A stretch of 64,000 bases of DNA from a virus, in IMG/VR virus record IMGVR_UViG_3300014627_000002, positions 13,618 through 77,617 of that record. One strand, 5' to 3'. A model generated the notes under the pieces. It was not told the DNA's origin and ran no database searches. It saw only the letters and a list, made by a program, of their open reading frames with translations. The position numbers and the translations under genes were made by a program. This document shows, in pieces, positions 26,837 to 35,431 of this stretch. Positions within the stretch are counted from its first letter, which is position 1. Each line of letters begins with the position of its first letter.

Positions 26837-27778
26837 ATGTCAATACAGATCAGTGAAGAAGACTATAAACAGGCGGTTGATGTAATTCGCCAAACTGGTA
26901 GCGGCAGCGTGTCCAACCTGCAGCGTCACTTGAATTGGGGTTATGCCCGTGCAGCAGCCTGCGTTGAGCGTATGCAGGATGAATACATTGTTAGTGAAAT
27001 GAGTACTCAAGGCCGCCGTGAAGTTTATCCTGAAGAATTACACGGGTTATGGCAGGAAAACCAGCAATTAAAACAGGAATTAACTGGCTTAAAAGATCGG
27101 TTGTCTGAACAAGAAAGGACTCAAGAGGGTTCAGAATGGATTTCAGTTAAGCACTATTTACCGCCAGAAGGTGCAGAAGTATTAATTCACGATTTTGGTC
27201 AAGTACGACAAGCGACCCGTGCTTCTAATTTTGCAGGTGGCTTTAAAGAGAGGAATTGCCGTGGTTGGCAAGCAAGCTATAGGGTATCTCATTGGATGCC
27301 TAAAAGCATAAGACTCCCTGAAGAATTTCATTTTTATTATGAAAATGATGAACGGGGAGAAGTCATAGATCATGAAAAAGAGATCAAAGCATACGTTATA
27401 TCGCTAATTAGACGCGGAGTTATATCAGAAGCTGAAATAGGTTTTTCCTTTAATCCTGTATTAAATGCTTTTGAATCAAAACACTTATCTGACTGGTTCA
27501 TTAGACAAATAAATTTTGGCTGGCATGTTTGGAAAAGTGCAAAAGCAGAATATAGCTTGGTGCTTGAACTCGAAAAAGGACGCTTCATTGAATGCGATCT
27601 GAAAGAGCTTTTATTTTCTTCTCTTAAATCATCAAAGATTTTAAAAACCAAACAAAATTGGGTGCACGTCATGCACATGCTTGCTAAGGGTTCAATTGCT
27701 TCACAGCGAATTTGCACGGCATTAAATGTAAATCCAGAAGGTACAAAATTTGAAGCTGAGAGCCCAGCAAATGACTGA
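26837..27778 (+). CDS. FtsK-gamma-like winged-helix protein with a DUF551-like segment
   Basis: YKQAVDVIRQTGSGSVSNLQRHLNWGYARAAACVERMQDEYIVSE..GRREVYP closely follows the FtsK gamma domain pattern. WISVKHYLPPEGAEVLI resembles DUF551. Confidence 0.75.
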   Translation: MSIQISEEDYKQAVDVIRQTGSGSVSNLQRHLNWGYARAAACVERMQDEYIVSEMSTQGRREVYPEELHGLWQENQQLKQELTGLKDRLSEQERTQEGSEWISVKHYLPPEGAEVLIHDFGQVRQATRASNFAGGFKERNCRGWQASYRVSHWMPKSIRLPEEFHFYYENDERGEVIDHEKEIKAYVISLIRRGVISEAEIGFSFNPVLNAFESKHLSDWFIRQINFGWHVWKSAKAEYSLVLELEKGRFIECDLKELLFSSLKSSKILKTKQNWVHVMHMLAKGSIASQRICTALNVNPEGTKFEAESPAND

Positions 27779-28142
27779 ACTTGAATTAAAGCTTTTAAAA
27801 CTAAGCGAAGGGAAATCTGTTGAGTTCGCTTCAGAGTACGGCCTTTTGATACCTGAAATTATTAAAACGCTGAATGTGCACAGTGCTCCGGAAAAATTTG
27901 CCCTGGTGCCTATAGAAATGACCAGACCTATGAAGGATGCACTTGGTTTTATGTGCTTTCAACTGATAGGCGTGGCAAATCTTTACCGTAATTGTGGACA
28001 CGAAATTGCCCGTAAAGCTGAAGAAGAACAAGCATTTTTCTTGTTTAAGTTCTTATTGCTGGCTGTCGAGCATGGAGAGAAATGGCGCCAGGTACTTGAT
28101 GAAGAAATTAAGGGCATGCTTGATGATCATAAAGATCAGTAA
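27771..28142 (+). CDS. hypothetical protein
   Basis: ATG 27771 overlaps the upstream stop (ATGACTGA). The listed longer ORF needs a TTG start. Confidence 0.55.
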   Translation: MTELELKLLKLSEGKSVEFASEYGLLIPEIIKTLNVHSAPEKFALVPIEMTRPMKDALGFMCFQLIGVANLYRNCGHEIARKAEEEQAFFLFKFLLLAVEHGEKWRQVLDEEIKGMLDDHKDQ

Positions 28143-28175
28143 GCCTTAATAAACCTATATATAGTGGAATATAGA

Positions 28176-28658
28176 ATGAATATTGAAGAAAGTATTAAAC
28201 AGTTAGATAGTGAAATAGACTCATTAAAAGCAGCTTTTGAAGCAGCACATTACCTTACTAATACTGAGGTAGAAGAACTGGAAGAAATTATTGATAAAGC
28301 TATAAAGCTTGGTGAGCTGTATTCAAAAAATGCTGTCGGACAAAACGGTAATGCAAAATTCTTCAGCCATGATTTTAACGGTGATGGATTTAAATATCAC
28401 GATTCACTAGATGAAGCTAAGGCTGATGCAGAAGCAGGTATTGAGCATTACCGTGATCAAGTCGCTGATGGCCGGCATATTGCAGAAATGGGCGAGTTTA
28501 ATGAGCTGTGTTATGGCGTGGTAATAGAAAAATCATACTGGACCGTTAGTGATGTTGTGAATAAAGAACATCATGCGGCTGATCAATACACTAAATACGA
28601 AACGGGCACTGAAATTTTAGAGCTAGGTTTAGCCGCACCAGTGGAGTCTGAAAAATGA
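28176..28658 (+). CDS. hypothetical protein
   Basis: In-frame ATG 28176; an alternative GTG start is at 28164. The product is acidic. Confidence 0.55.
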   Translation: MNIEESIKQLDSEIDSLKAAFEAAHYLTNTEVEELEEIIDKAIKLGELYSKNAVGQNGNAKFFSHDFNGDGFKYHDSLDEAKADAEAGIEHYRDQVADGRHIAEMGEFNELCYGVVIEKSYWTVSDVVNKEHHAADQYTKYETGTEILELGLAAPVESEK

Positions 28659-29116
28659 TGAGTAAAGAAGCTGATAGCGCTATTGCAATACCTGATTTCT
28701 TAAAAAAGATGAAAGGACCGGAACGCTGGGAATGGTTTGAGCATCAAAAAGATATTATGGCTAAAACTGTTTTATTAGATGGAAGTCTTGAGCTTTGGGG
28801 AGAGCTCTTACAGGGCTTTGTTTATATGTTGCGGCTTGATGAATTAAGGCATTGTGAATATATCACTATGCATCATAACGCCGTGGTAGTGGCTACTTGT
28901 GCTGTTATTGAAAAAGATAATGATGCTTCTAAGAGCTGGCTTTTAGAAATGCTTAACCGAGCTGATTCTTATAGTTGGCAGATATATGAGAATGCTCAAG
29001 AATTTTTCGACAAAAGATATTTACCTCACGCTTCAAGCCAAGCTGAACATCGAGAAAATATAAAGAAGCTCAACTTAATTGAGCAAGAAGATGCGTTGAA
29101 ATTTGATGAGTCCTAA
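28655..29116 (+). CDS. hypothetical protein
   Basis: ATGA overlap with the upstream gene. 153 aa. Confidence 0.6.
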   Translation: MMSKEADSAIAIPDFLKKMKGPERWEWFEHQKDIMAKTVLLDGSLELWGELLQGFVYMLRLDELRHCEYITMHHNAVVVATCAVIEKDNDASKSWLLEMLNRADSYSWQIYENAQEFFDKRYLPHASSQAEHRENIKKLNLIEQEDALKFDES

Positions 29117-29120
29117 AAGC

Positions 29121-29264
29121 ATGTTTAATTTACTCCCGCATGAATTGGTGATTGATAATTTTACTGGCGGTGGCGGCACCAGTACCGGGCTAGAGCTTGC
29201 GCTTAACCGCCCGGTAGATATTGCAATCAACCATGACCCTAAAGCATTGGCTAGTGCAAGCTAA
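29121..29264 (+). pseudogene. remnant of a cytosine-5 DNA methyltransferase (N-terminal 47 codons only)
   Basis: MFNLLPHELVIDNFTGGGGTSTGLELALNRPVDIAINHDPKALASAS* carries the motif I pattern (F-x-G-x-G-G) and the following ..A.E/N.D..A block of C5-MTases, then stops. No downstream motifs (PC, ENV) are present. Confidence 0.55.
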
Positions 29265-29321
29265 CTTCATGCATGAAGCTGCATTCATGGGCGCTGCCTA
29301 GAAAAAACCCTTAACGACATA

Positions 29322-29380
29322 TTGTTCATTTAAATAATCTATGTTTAAATGAACAAATGTTCAAATGAACAAATAAACAT
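29322..29380 (+). promoter_or_regulatory. 8-bp-phased GAAC-box array, site F (longest)
   Basis: TTGTTCATTTAAATAATCTATGTTTAAATGAACAAATGTTCAAATGAACAAATAAACAT ends 14 nt before the ATG at 29395. Confidence 0.6.
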
Positions 29381-29394
29381 AACAGGGGGTTAGA

Positions 29395-29712
29395 ATGTTT
29401 AATATTGATGAAATGCTGGAATTTGAAAGAAATAACTTTACCCGGGCGCTTTATACCTTGCCTGTTTTGAACGATGGCCAGCTATTTCTTTGTGGTAGTT
29501 GCGATATTCGTAACGATGTAAAACCGGTGCCTTTCAAGCACGTGTACCAGCGCTCTATAGACCCAAGCACAGGGCAGGGGGGTGAGAAGTTTGAAACCGT
29601 GTATGTATCTGAATGCTGTAAAGGCGATCTGGTGGTATGGGATGCGTATGTTTGTGACTTTGTAGATATTGCACCAGAACATTATGTGAGTGACCAGGCG
29701 GGTGAGGGCTAA
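29395..29712 (+). CDS. hypothetical protein
   Basis: 105-aa ORF behind SD AGGGGG. Confidence 0.6.
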   Translation: MFNIDEMLEFERNNFTRALYTLPVLNDGQLFLCGSCDIRNDVKPVPFKHVYQRSIDPSTGQGGEKFETVYVSECCKGDLVVWDAYVCDFVDIAPEHYVSDQAGEG

Positions 29713-29715
29713 AGG

Positions 29716-29922
29716 ATGAAAACTATCTATGCCTTGATCTGTGTAATTAGTGTTTTGCTCGCTGTAAACAAATTTACTGCTGGCCAGTTAATTGCACCCG
29801 GTTATCACGATTTTAGTAATGCGCATTCTTATGAGCCAAAAAGTAAAGGCTTGATGGCTTATGAATGCAATGAAAAGGTTGGTCAGCTTCTTATGAAGTT
29901 ACAACCTGCCAATACAGTTTAA
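29716..29922 (+). CDS. small membrane/secreted protein
   Basis: 68 aa with a hydrophobic N-terminus (IYALICVISVLLAV). Confidence 0.5.
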   Translation: MKTIYALICVISVLLAVNKFTAGQLIAPGYHDFSNAHSYEPKSKGLMAYECNEKVGQLLMKLQPANTV

Positions 29923-29931
29923 GAGGTATTT

Positions 29932-30303
29932 ATGACTGCTAAATATCTGGCACTGAAATTGAATAAAAACCTGAAGTCGGTTCAGGTCAGTGGCCAATGG
30001 CTAATCATGGACGGCGACAAGGAAGTGGCTAAGTCTTATTCGCCACAATCCGCATGGAATGATGCCTATAACAAACTTGCTGAAAAGCAGTTTAAAACGG
30101 GTGATCTGGTCGTAATGGAAAACTGCCTTGAAGCATCGCGTTATGTGGATAAGGTTTGGAAATGTCGATCTGATAGTTTTAAGGCCGCCAGCGGTGATTT
30201 CGCCGTATTTCTTGAGAATTTTGGTGGCTATTTTTGTTGTGAGTTTCTACGGCCAGCAACCAGTCTGGAACAGCACAATTTTTTAAATGGTGGTGAAGCA
30301 TGA
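29932..30303 (+). CDS. hypothetical protein
   Basis: 123-aa ORF with an ATGA overlap to the next gene. Confidence 0.6.
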   Translation: MTAKYLALKLNKNLKSVQVSGQWLIMDGDKEVAKSYSPQSAWNDAYNKLAEKQFKTGDLVVMENCLEASRYVDKVWKCRSDSFKAASGDFAVFLENFGGYFCCEFLRPATSLEQHNFLNGGEA

Positions 30304-30689
30304 GGCATGGGACCGTAAGTGGTTATAAATATCATCGTTGCAGATGTTCATTGTGTCTAAAAGCGGTATATGACTATAACAAAAAGCTCAAAGTAGACAG
30401 AAAAAGTAAGCCTAAGTTTGTTTATCCAAAGCCTTTAGCTCATGGTACGGCAAATGCTTATAGCTACCATAATTGCCGTTGTGAGTTATGCCAGGCATTT
30501 ATACGGGGTTATCGAATGGGGCTGAAAATCAGAAATGCAGAGCCTTCTACTGCTACACCTACGGAACCTGAATACTTTCAGCTCAAACATGAATGCGGGA
30601 CAGCAAGCGCTTACTCATTTGGCTGTAAATGTGAGCTTTGTTTAACCCAGGGACGTGAACTCTACCTGCAGTCGGTGAAAGCAGCATGA
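30300..30689 (+). CDS. triple (H/C)GT-x3-Y-x3-4-C-x-C-x2-C repeat protein (putative triple zinc module), paralogue of 46602..47015
   Basis: Three repeats are present: HGTVSGYKYHRCRCSLC, HGTANAYSYHNCRCELC and CGTASAYSFGCKCELC. Confidence 0.7.
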   Translation: MRHGTVSGYKYHRCRCSLCLKAVYDYNKKLKVDRKSKPKFVYPKPLAHGTANAYSYHNCRCELCQAFIRGYRMGLKIRNAEPSTATPTEPEYFQLKHECGTASAYSFGCKCELCLTQGRELYLQSVKAA

Positions 30690-31339
30690 AAAACAGATTT
30701 TACTTAACGTCATCACATGGCTACTTAGGATCTAACGTGGTGTGGCACCGTCATAATGAACAGGGTTACACCACGGATATTGACCAGGCCCATGTATATA
30801 CCAGAGAAGAAGCACAACAGGCATGGTCTGAATCTTGGGGTGAGTCAGAAGCAATTTCAGCCGATCATGTTGATGCTCTTGCTGTCTGGAAGGTGGATTG
30901 CCAATACATTCCAAAAGTAACACAGCCATTTACTGATATTCATAACACCTATGTTGCTTTTGAAAAGGGGAAATGGGATGGCAACGATGTTCACTGGGTA
31001 ATTTCAGAAAGACTAAGTACTTCTACTGACTTTGATCTGGCTTATGTCATGGGTGTGGACCGTGCTAAAGAGCTTGGCAGCAACTTTATTGTTATTCCTT
31101 TCAGTATGGCAGATAACGTAAAACGCCGTACTTTTGATCATATAAAAATAAATAGGCGTGTAATGGTCCAGGGTGCGGGGTTAAAAGCATGTCACAAAAT
31201 TAAGCAGGACCGGCGACGTAAAGAAAACCCAATGACCCGTTTTCATTGTCCTGCATGCGGTCGTATCAGCTGGCAGCATAATCCTTATGATTTTGATGGT
31301 TGTAAGAACGTTCATTGTAGTGAGTGGTCTACCTTATGA
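30686..31339 (+). CDS. hypothetical protein with a C-terminal zinc ribbon
   Basis: 217 aa, with CPACGRISW..CKNVHC at the C-terminus. ATGA overlap upstream. Confidence 0.6.
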   Translation: MKNRFYLTSSHGYLGSNVVWHRHNEQGYTTDIDQAHVYTREEAQQAWSESWGESEAISADHVDALAVWKVDCQYIPKVTQPFTDIHNTYVAFEKGKWDGNDVHWVISERLSTSTDFDLAYVMGVDRAKELGSNFIVIPFSMADNVKRRTFDHIKINRRVMVQGAGLKACHKIKQDRRRKENPMTRFHCPACGRISWQHNPYDFDGCKNVHCSEWSTL

Positions 31340-32049
31340 GCTCTAAAAAACGTAATAAGAAGTATGACCCGAATAAAGGGAAACGGTTGGAGCAGGCTAA
31401 GGCACGTAAGAATCAGATTGAAGCCAATGAAATATATGAGCTGGAACAAGAATACGTTTCACATGCAGTAAAGGCTTACATAGAAGCCAAAGAAATTGAA
31501 GAACAGGATCTTATTTCCCGTTACCCGAATGCTACGACCTGTCCTTATCACATAACTATTGGTGCTTATAGTTATCAGTCCTTAGCAATTGCAATCATAT
31601 TGCAAAGTATTCAGGACCCGATTGCTTATGAAATGGCTGCTGATGTGCACCTTATTCATACCTATAAGGAAGGTGATGAAATAAAAACGGGTGAGTTAAA
31701 AACAGTTGAGTTTCGCCGTGATGTACCTGGTATGAGTTACTTGGAATTTCACAAGGGTAAAGCTGATGCAATTATTCCTTTAGGGCATGGATTAAAGAAA
31801 AAGGGCTGGAAAGGGCTAGATGCCGAAATTGCTGCCGAAATTGAAAGTAGGCCGGATTTGACTGACGAATATTCTATAGAAATGATTCAGTCTTATATGA
31901 AAGCTGAAGCACGTTTTTTAAGTGTAGAGCGTTATCTGGAATTTAAGGAAGTACTTGAATGGGTTGAGCGAGGAACCGCCGAACAAAACCTACGGTCACT
32001 GTGGATAGCAGAACAAGAAGCTATAGAGAAGCAAAACCATGACAAATAA
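31336..32049 (+). CDS. hypothetical protein
   Basis: ATG 31336 overlaps the upstream stop (ATGA). The listed ORF uses an upstream GTG. Confidence 0.6.
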   Translation: MSSKKRNKKYDPNKGKRLEQAKARKNQIEANEIYELEQEYVSHAVKAYIEAKEIEEQDLISRYPNATTCPYHITIGAYSYQSLAIAIILQSIQDPIAYEMAADVHLIHTYKEGDEIKTGELKTVEFRRDVPGMSYLEFHKGKADAIIPLGHGLKKKGWKGLDAEIAAEIESRPDLTDEYSIEMIQSYMKAEARFLSVERYLEFKEVLEWVERGTAEQNLRSLWIAEQEAIEKQNHDK

Positions 32050-32227
32050 CAATCACCAGGTAAATAAGACCAGTTTATTGAAGGTTAAGCGTATACCGCG
32101 GCATGGAATAGCGGCCAGACGTCTTTTAAGAAATGGCGTTAAATGGCCTTGCTGTCCGTTCTGTGGCAGTGACATTCATAGTTCGGAAATCGGGTTAAAA
32201 GGGGAGTGCAAGCATGTCAGTGAATAA
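32039..32227 (+). CDS. small zinc-ribbon protein
   Basis: 62 aa with CCPFCGS..C.H. It overlaps both neighbours. Confidence 0.45.
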   Translation: MTNNNHQVNKTSLLKVKRIPRHGIAARRLLRNGVKWPCCPFCGSDIHSSEIGLKGECKHVSE

Positions 32228-33098
32228 GCAGCGGACGGGTCTTGAAGCAATTGGCTGGAATGGACAAGTAATTACGGCACTTGATGTATGTGTTTGTGTG
32301 GATACTGAACGCGGATCTGGTAATGATTTCTTAATCTATCCAATGTTCTTTTTTGATTCAAATCATCCTGAATATAAGAAGAATACTTTTGCCCGCTGTG
32401 TGCAGCCACAAATTAGCTTGTATCCGGGGACATATAACGCAGATATATTGAGGAAAGCTGAACCTGAAGAACTGGCCATAGGGCGCCGTATTTATAAAAA
32501 CGCTGATGATTTAAAAAAGGCTGCTGGCGTACAGGCTGAATCGGTACATATAGATTGTGATTTTGAAAAGTTGAACGCCTTTTTTGAAATCTATAAAGAC
32601 TCTTTGCATTACCAGGCACGTAAAGAAAAACGGCCAGATTGGACGGATATAGCTTTATTTGGTTATTGCCCGGACTCTGATGATTTTGTAGACCCTAGAG
32701 CCAGTGACGCTTATATGGTGTTTAAGGCGCAACAAGAAAAATTAGACTGGTTATTAGGTGGAATCGAAATGGCTATACACCAGGCAAAGTCAATTGAGCG
32801 CAATGGGGATATAAGCATAAATAGCTATAGAACTATTAAATCTAAGATGCGTTTATATGATTTCTTAATAACACTTCGTAAGACCCCAAAAAGGCATAAG
32901 AGTAAGTTTGCTGATCTGGTTAGAAGAACTTTAGTTTTAGAAGGTGAAGCGAGAAAAGTACAAACTATTCGAGATAAGCTTTACGAGCTAATTTGCCAGT
33001 TTGAAAGCTTTGGTATTACCGGGATTAGTGCTGATACCCGTAGTGCTTATTTTGATGCCAAGCATAAAGTTCAAGAACTTCAAGAAATCTTATTTTAG
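32214..33098 (+). CDS. hypothetical protein
   Basis: 294-aa ORF. Confidence 0.6.
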   Translation: MSVNKQRTGLEAIGWNGQVITALDVCVCVDTERGSGNDFLIYPMFFFDSNHPEYKKNTFARCVQPQISLYPGTYNADILRKAEPEELAIGRRIYKNADDLKKAAGVQAESVHIDCDFEKLNAFFEIYKDSLHYQARKEKRPDWTDIALFGYCPDSDDFVDPRASDAYMVFKAQQEKLDWLLGGIEMAIHQAKSIERNGDISINSYRTIKSKMRLYDFLITLRKTPKRHKSKFADLVRRTLVLEGEARKVQTIRDKLYELICQFESFGITGISADTRSAYFDAKHKVQELQEILF

Positions 33099-33110
33099 AG
33101 GGTACGCTGT

Positions 33111-33746
33111 ATGAATCAATTTCAGCCTGGCGATGTGGTTGCTCATAAAGATTCTCCTGGTGAAGAATGGGTAGTTACTGGTTTTTCAAACAATCATGTT
33201 GCGTTTAAGTCTAATGCACAAGGTTATCCGCCCCCGTGTTCATTTTGGACCATATATTCACCTTCAAAAGATTTGAGCCTGATTAGAAAAGCAGAAGGAA
33301 GTGATCCAGTTGTATTAAGTGAGGAAAATCAGCCGCGGCCTATTGATCAGCAGTTAAGTACATTCCGTGCATGGTTTTTAAAAAAGTATCCCTATAGCGA
33401 AGATTACTTTCAGCTCACTTATTTTAATCATGAGCTCGGTTTTTTTTGTACGGATCAGAAAAATAACCCGGATGCTACAGATGCAGCTTGGGTCCTTAGA
33501 GCTTCGTTTGAGGTATGGCAATATTTGCAATCAGAAATACAAAGCTTAAAAGAGCAGGCTAAAGAAAGAGAGCATGTTATTGACCGAACGTTAGATCATG
33601 TCACAAGACAAATTGAAAACTTTAAGCAGCTCAAGGAACAAGAATCTAATATGCACATCAGGAATTGGTGGCAAGCGAAAGTGCTGCAGGTATTAAGACC
33701 AGTGAAACGAATGCTTGAGAATACCCTTGGAGGTGATCATGTGTAA
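33111..33746 (+). CDS. hypothetical protein
   Basis: 211-aa ORF behind GAGGGTA. Confidence 0.6.
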   Translation: MNQFQPGDVVAHKDSPGEEWVVTGFSNNHVAFKSNAQGYPPPCSFWTIYSPSKDLSLIRKAEGSDPVVLSEENQPRPIDQQLSTFRAWFLKKYPYSEDYFQLTYFNHELGFFCTDQKNNPDATDAAWVLRASFEVWQYLQSEIQSLKEQAKEREHVIDRTLDHVTRQIENFKQLKEQESNMHIRNWWQAKVLQVLRPVKRMLENTLGGDHV

Positions 33747-33843
33747 GCTTTGCGGAAGGTCAAAAGGCGGTCATTGTTGTGGCTATTGCGGTTGGTGTCC
33801 AGGTAGAGGAATTAAGTATGAACAATCCTTTCTCAGTCGGTGA
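33739..33843 (+). CDS. unlisted 34-aa cysteine-rich peptide
   Basis: MCKLCGRSKGGHCCGYCGWCPGRGIKYEQSFLSR has 8 Cys. A strong SD, GGAGGTGA, lies 4-5 nt upstream. The start overlaps the upstream stop (ATGTGTAA). Confidence 0.4.
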   Translation: MCKLCGRSKGGHCCGYCGWCPGRGIKYEQSFLSR

Positions 33844-34015
33844 TCTGGTAAAGCATGAAGTAGATATTTGGCCAGAACCTCACGGTTCCCTTAAAGTAAT
33901 CCATATCAAGAATGATGTATTAGCCGCCGTAGACAGTAGAGGACAAAAGTTTATAGGCAGTTCCAGTTGCTTTAAATTTATTGGAAAATTTACAACGCCC
34001 CGAGTGTTGGGCTAA
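33818..34015 (+). CDS. hypothetical protein
   Basis: ATG 33818 sits behind AGAGGA. The listed ORF starts at an upstream GTG. Confidence 0.5.
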   Translation: MNNPFSVGDLVKHEVDIWPEPHGSLKVIHIKNDVLAAVDSRGQKFIGSSSCFKFIGKFTTPRVLG

Positions 34016-34103
34016 CTGATTATTAAATAGCCTAAGCTTAGATTTTATCCTAGAAAATAAAGCCGCAACCAGCGATAAAAACTTGAATATTTCACCTAAG
34101 AAA

Positions 34104-34130
34104 AGACCCGCTATCATGGCGGGTTTTTAT
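34104..34130 (+). terminator. rho-independent terminator
   Basis: ACCCGC-TATCATG-GCGGGT followed by TTTTAT. Confidence 0.7.
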
Positions 34131-34137
34131 TACCTAA

Positions 34138-34165
34138 CGCATTAAAATATGCGAATTAGCATAAT
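34138..34165 (+). promoter_or_regulatory. early-type promoter/operator
   Basis: CGCAT-TAAAAT-ATGCG palindrome runs into ATGCGAATTAGCATAAT. This is the same box as at 24558 and 44297. Confidence 0.55.
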
Positions 34166-34303
34166 ATGTAGGTTATAACCTCTATATTATGCATATTGAT
34201 TAACAAATAGACTACTAAAAGCCTGAATATAGTAAATAAGAATATACAGAATCGCATAAATTAATTAACATTTATACATAAAAGCATAAAACTAGGGTAA
34301 TGC

Positions 34304-34756
34304 ATGCGAAGCAAGCGCCGTTGGAGTTCAAAGGACTTAACCTCTAAACCAAGTCAAGCGAAAAAGGCTACTTTAAATACGGCGGAATATGCCAGAGCTA
34401 CAGTGAAAGAAACAAAAATTCAGCAGGGCTTAATTGAGGAATTGGCTTTCCATAAGTACAACGGCAATCCACTGCTTAATTATATTTATGCAATACCCAA
34501 CGGTGATAAGCGTGCAATTTCAGTGGCCAAACGTTTAAAGGCTGAAGGCGTTAAACCAGGTGTACCAGACCTGCATTGTTTTGTGGCTAAGCCGCCATAT
34601 CACAGTCTTTATATTGAAATGAAAACCGAAGTAGGGGACCTGTCACCAGAACAGAAAGAAGTTATTCCAATGTTGCGTGCAGAAGGCCATAAAGTTGTGG
34701 TTTGTCGTAGTGCAGAGCAAGCAAAAATCGAACTCTTTAAATATTTGGGTATATAA
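34304..34756 (+). CDS. VRR-NUC domain nuclease
   Basis: GVPDLHCFVA...LYIEMKTEVGDLSPEQKEVIPMLRAEGHKVVVCRS matches the VRR-NUC pattern. Confidence 0.75.
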   Translation: MRSKRRWSSKDLTSKPSQAKKATLNTAEYARATVKETKIQQGLIEELAFHKYNGNPLLNYIYAIPNGDKRAISVAKRLKAEGVKPGVPDLHCFVAKPPYHSLYIEMKTEVGDLSPEQKEVIPMLRAEGHKVVVCRSAEQAKIELFKYLGI

Positions 34757-34758
34757 CG

Positions 34759-35427
34759 ATGAATATGCAGACTGAAGACAAAGAAGCTTTTTTTGATGAA
34801 AAAAGACTGATCACAGTCGTTGGCATCAATTGTTTACGTGCACGGGAAATTGCTGGCTTAACCCGTAAAGAAGCCCAGGCACGTATTTTTAGATATAAAA
34901 ACCCGGATATGTTTGCTAACCGGATATGCGAGATCGAAACCGGCAACAAGAAAATTGATCTTAAAATTCTATATCGCATGTGCGTTGAGTACTCATGCAG
35001 TGCTGACTATCTGTTGGGCCTAAGCAATGACTTTGAGCGTAACCTGGCATCGTCTTATTCAGGTATGGTTTTTAATTCGGTCCGTGGTAGCGTTTTGGAA
35101 ATGACTGAGCGTGTTTGTACGCAAATGTCAGAGATCGTGCGCTTTCTGCCGCCGTTTCAGGGGGAATTATTAAAAAACAGTGCCAAGAATACAGTAGATA
35201 CTATAGATCAGCATTTGCATGATCTGGCGTTTAAGGGCTCTTATCCGGATATTGTTGATGCTTATAATGATTTAAAGGCGAAGGTTCAGATGTTTGATAC
35301 CTTCTTTGCTAAGCAGATGCGGATTATGGAGTTAAATATGCTGGACCAGTTAAATCATAAGGATGATGAACTTTCTAGCCGTACTATGACCGACTATACT
35401 GCATTGCCTGTACCTGAGAAGTGTTAA
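34759..35427 (+). CDS. XRE-family helix-turn-helix regulator
   Basis: LRAREIAGLTRKEAQARIF...ICEIETGNKKIDLKILYRMCVEYSCSADYLLGLSND is a typical XRE HTH with the LLGLS tail. Confidence 0.65.
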   Translation: MNMQTEDKEAFFDEKRLITVVGINCLRAREIAGLTRKEAQARIFRYKNPDMFANRICEIETGNKKIDLKILYRMCVEYSCSADYLLGLSNDFERNLASSYSGMVFNSVRGSVLEMTERVCTQMSEIVRFLPPFQGELLKNSAKNTVDTIDQHLHDLAFKGSYPDIVDAYNDLKAKVQMFDTFFAKQMRIMELNMLDQLNHKDDELSSRTMTDYTALPVPEKC

Positions 35428-35431
35428 TTGA

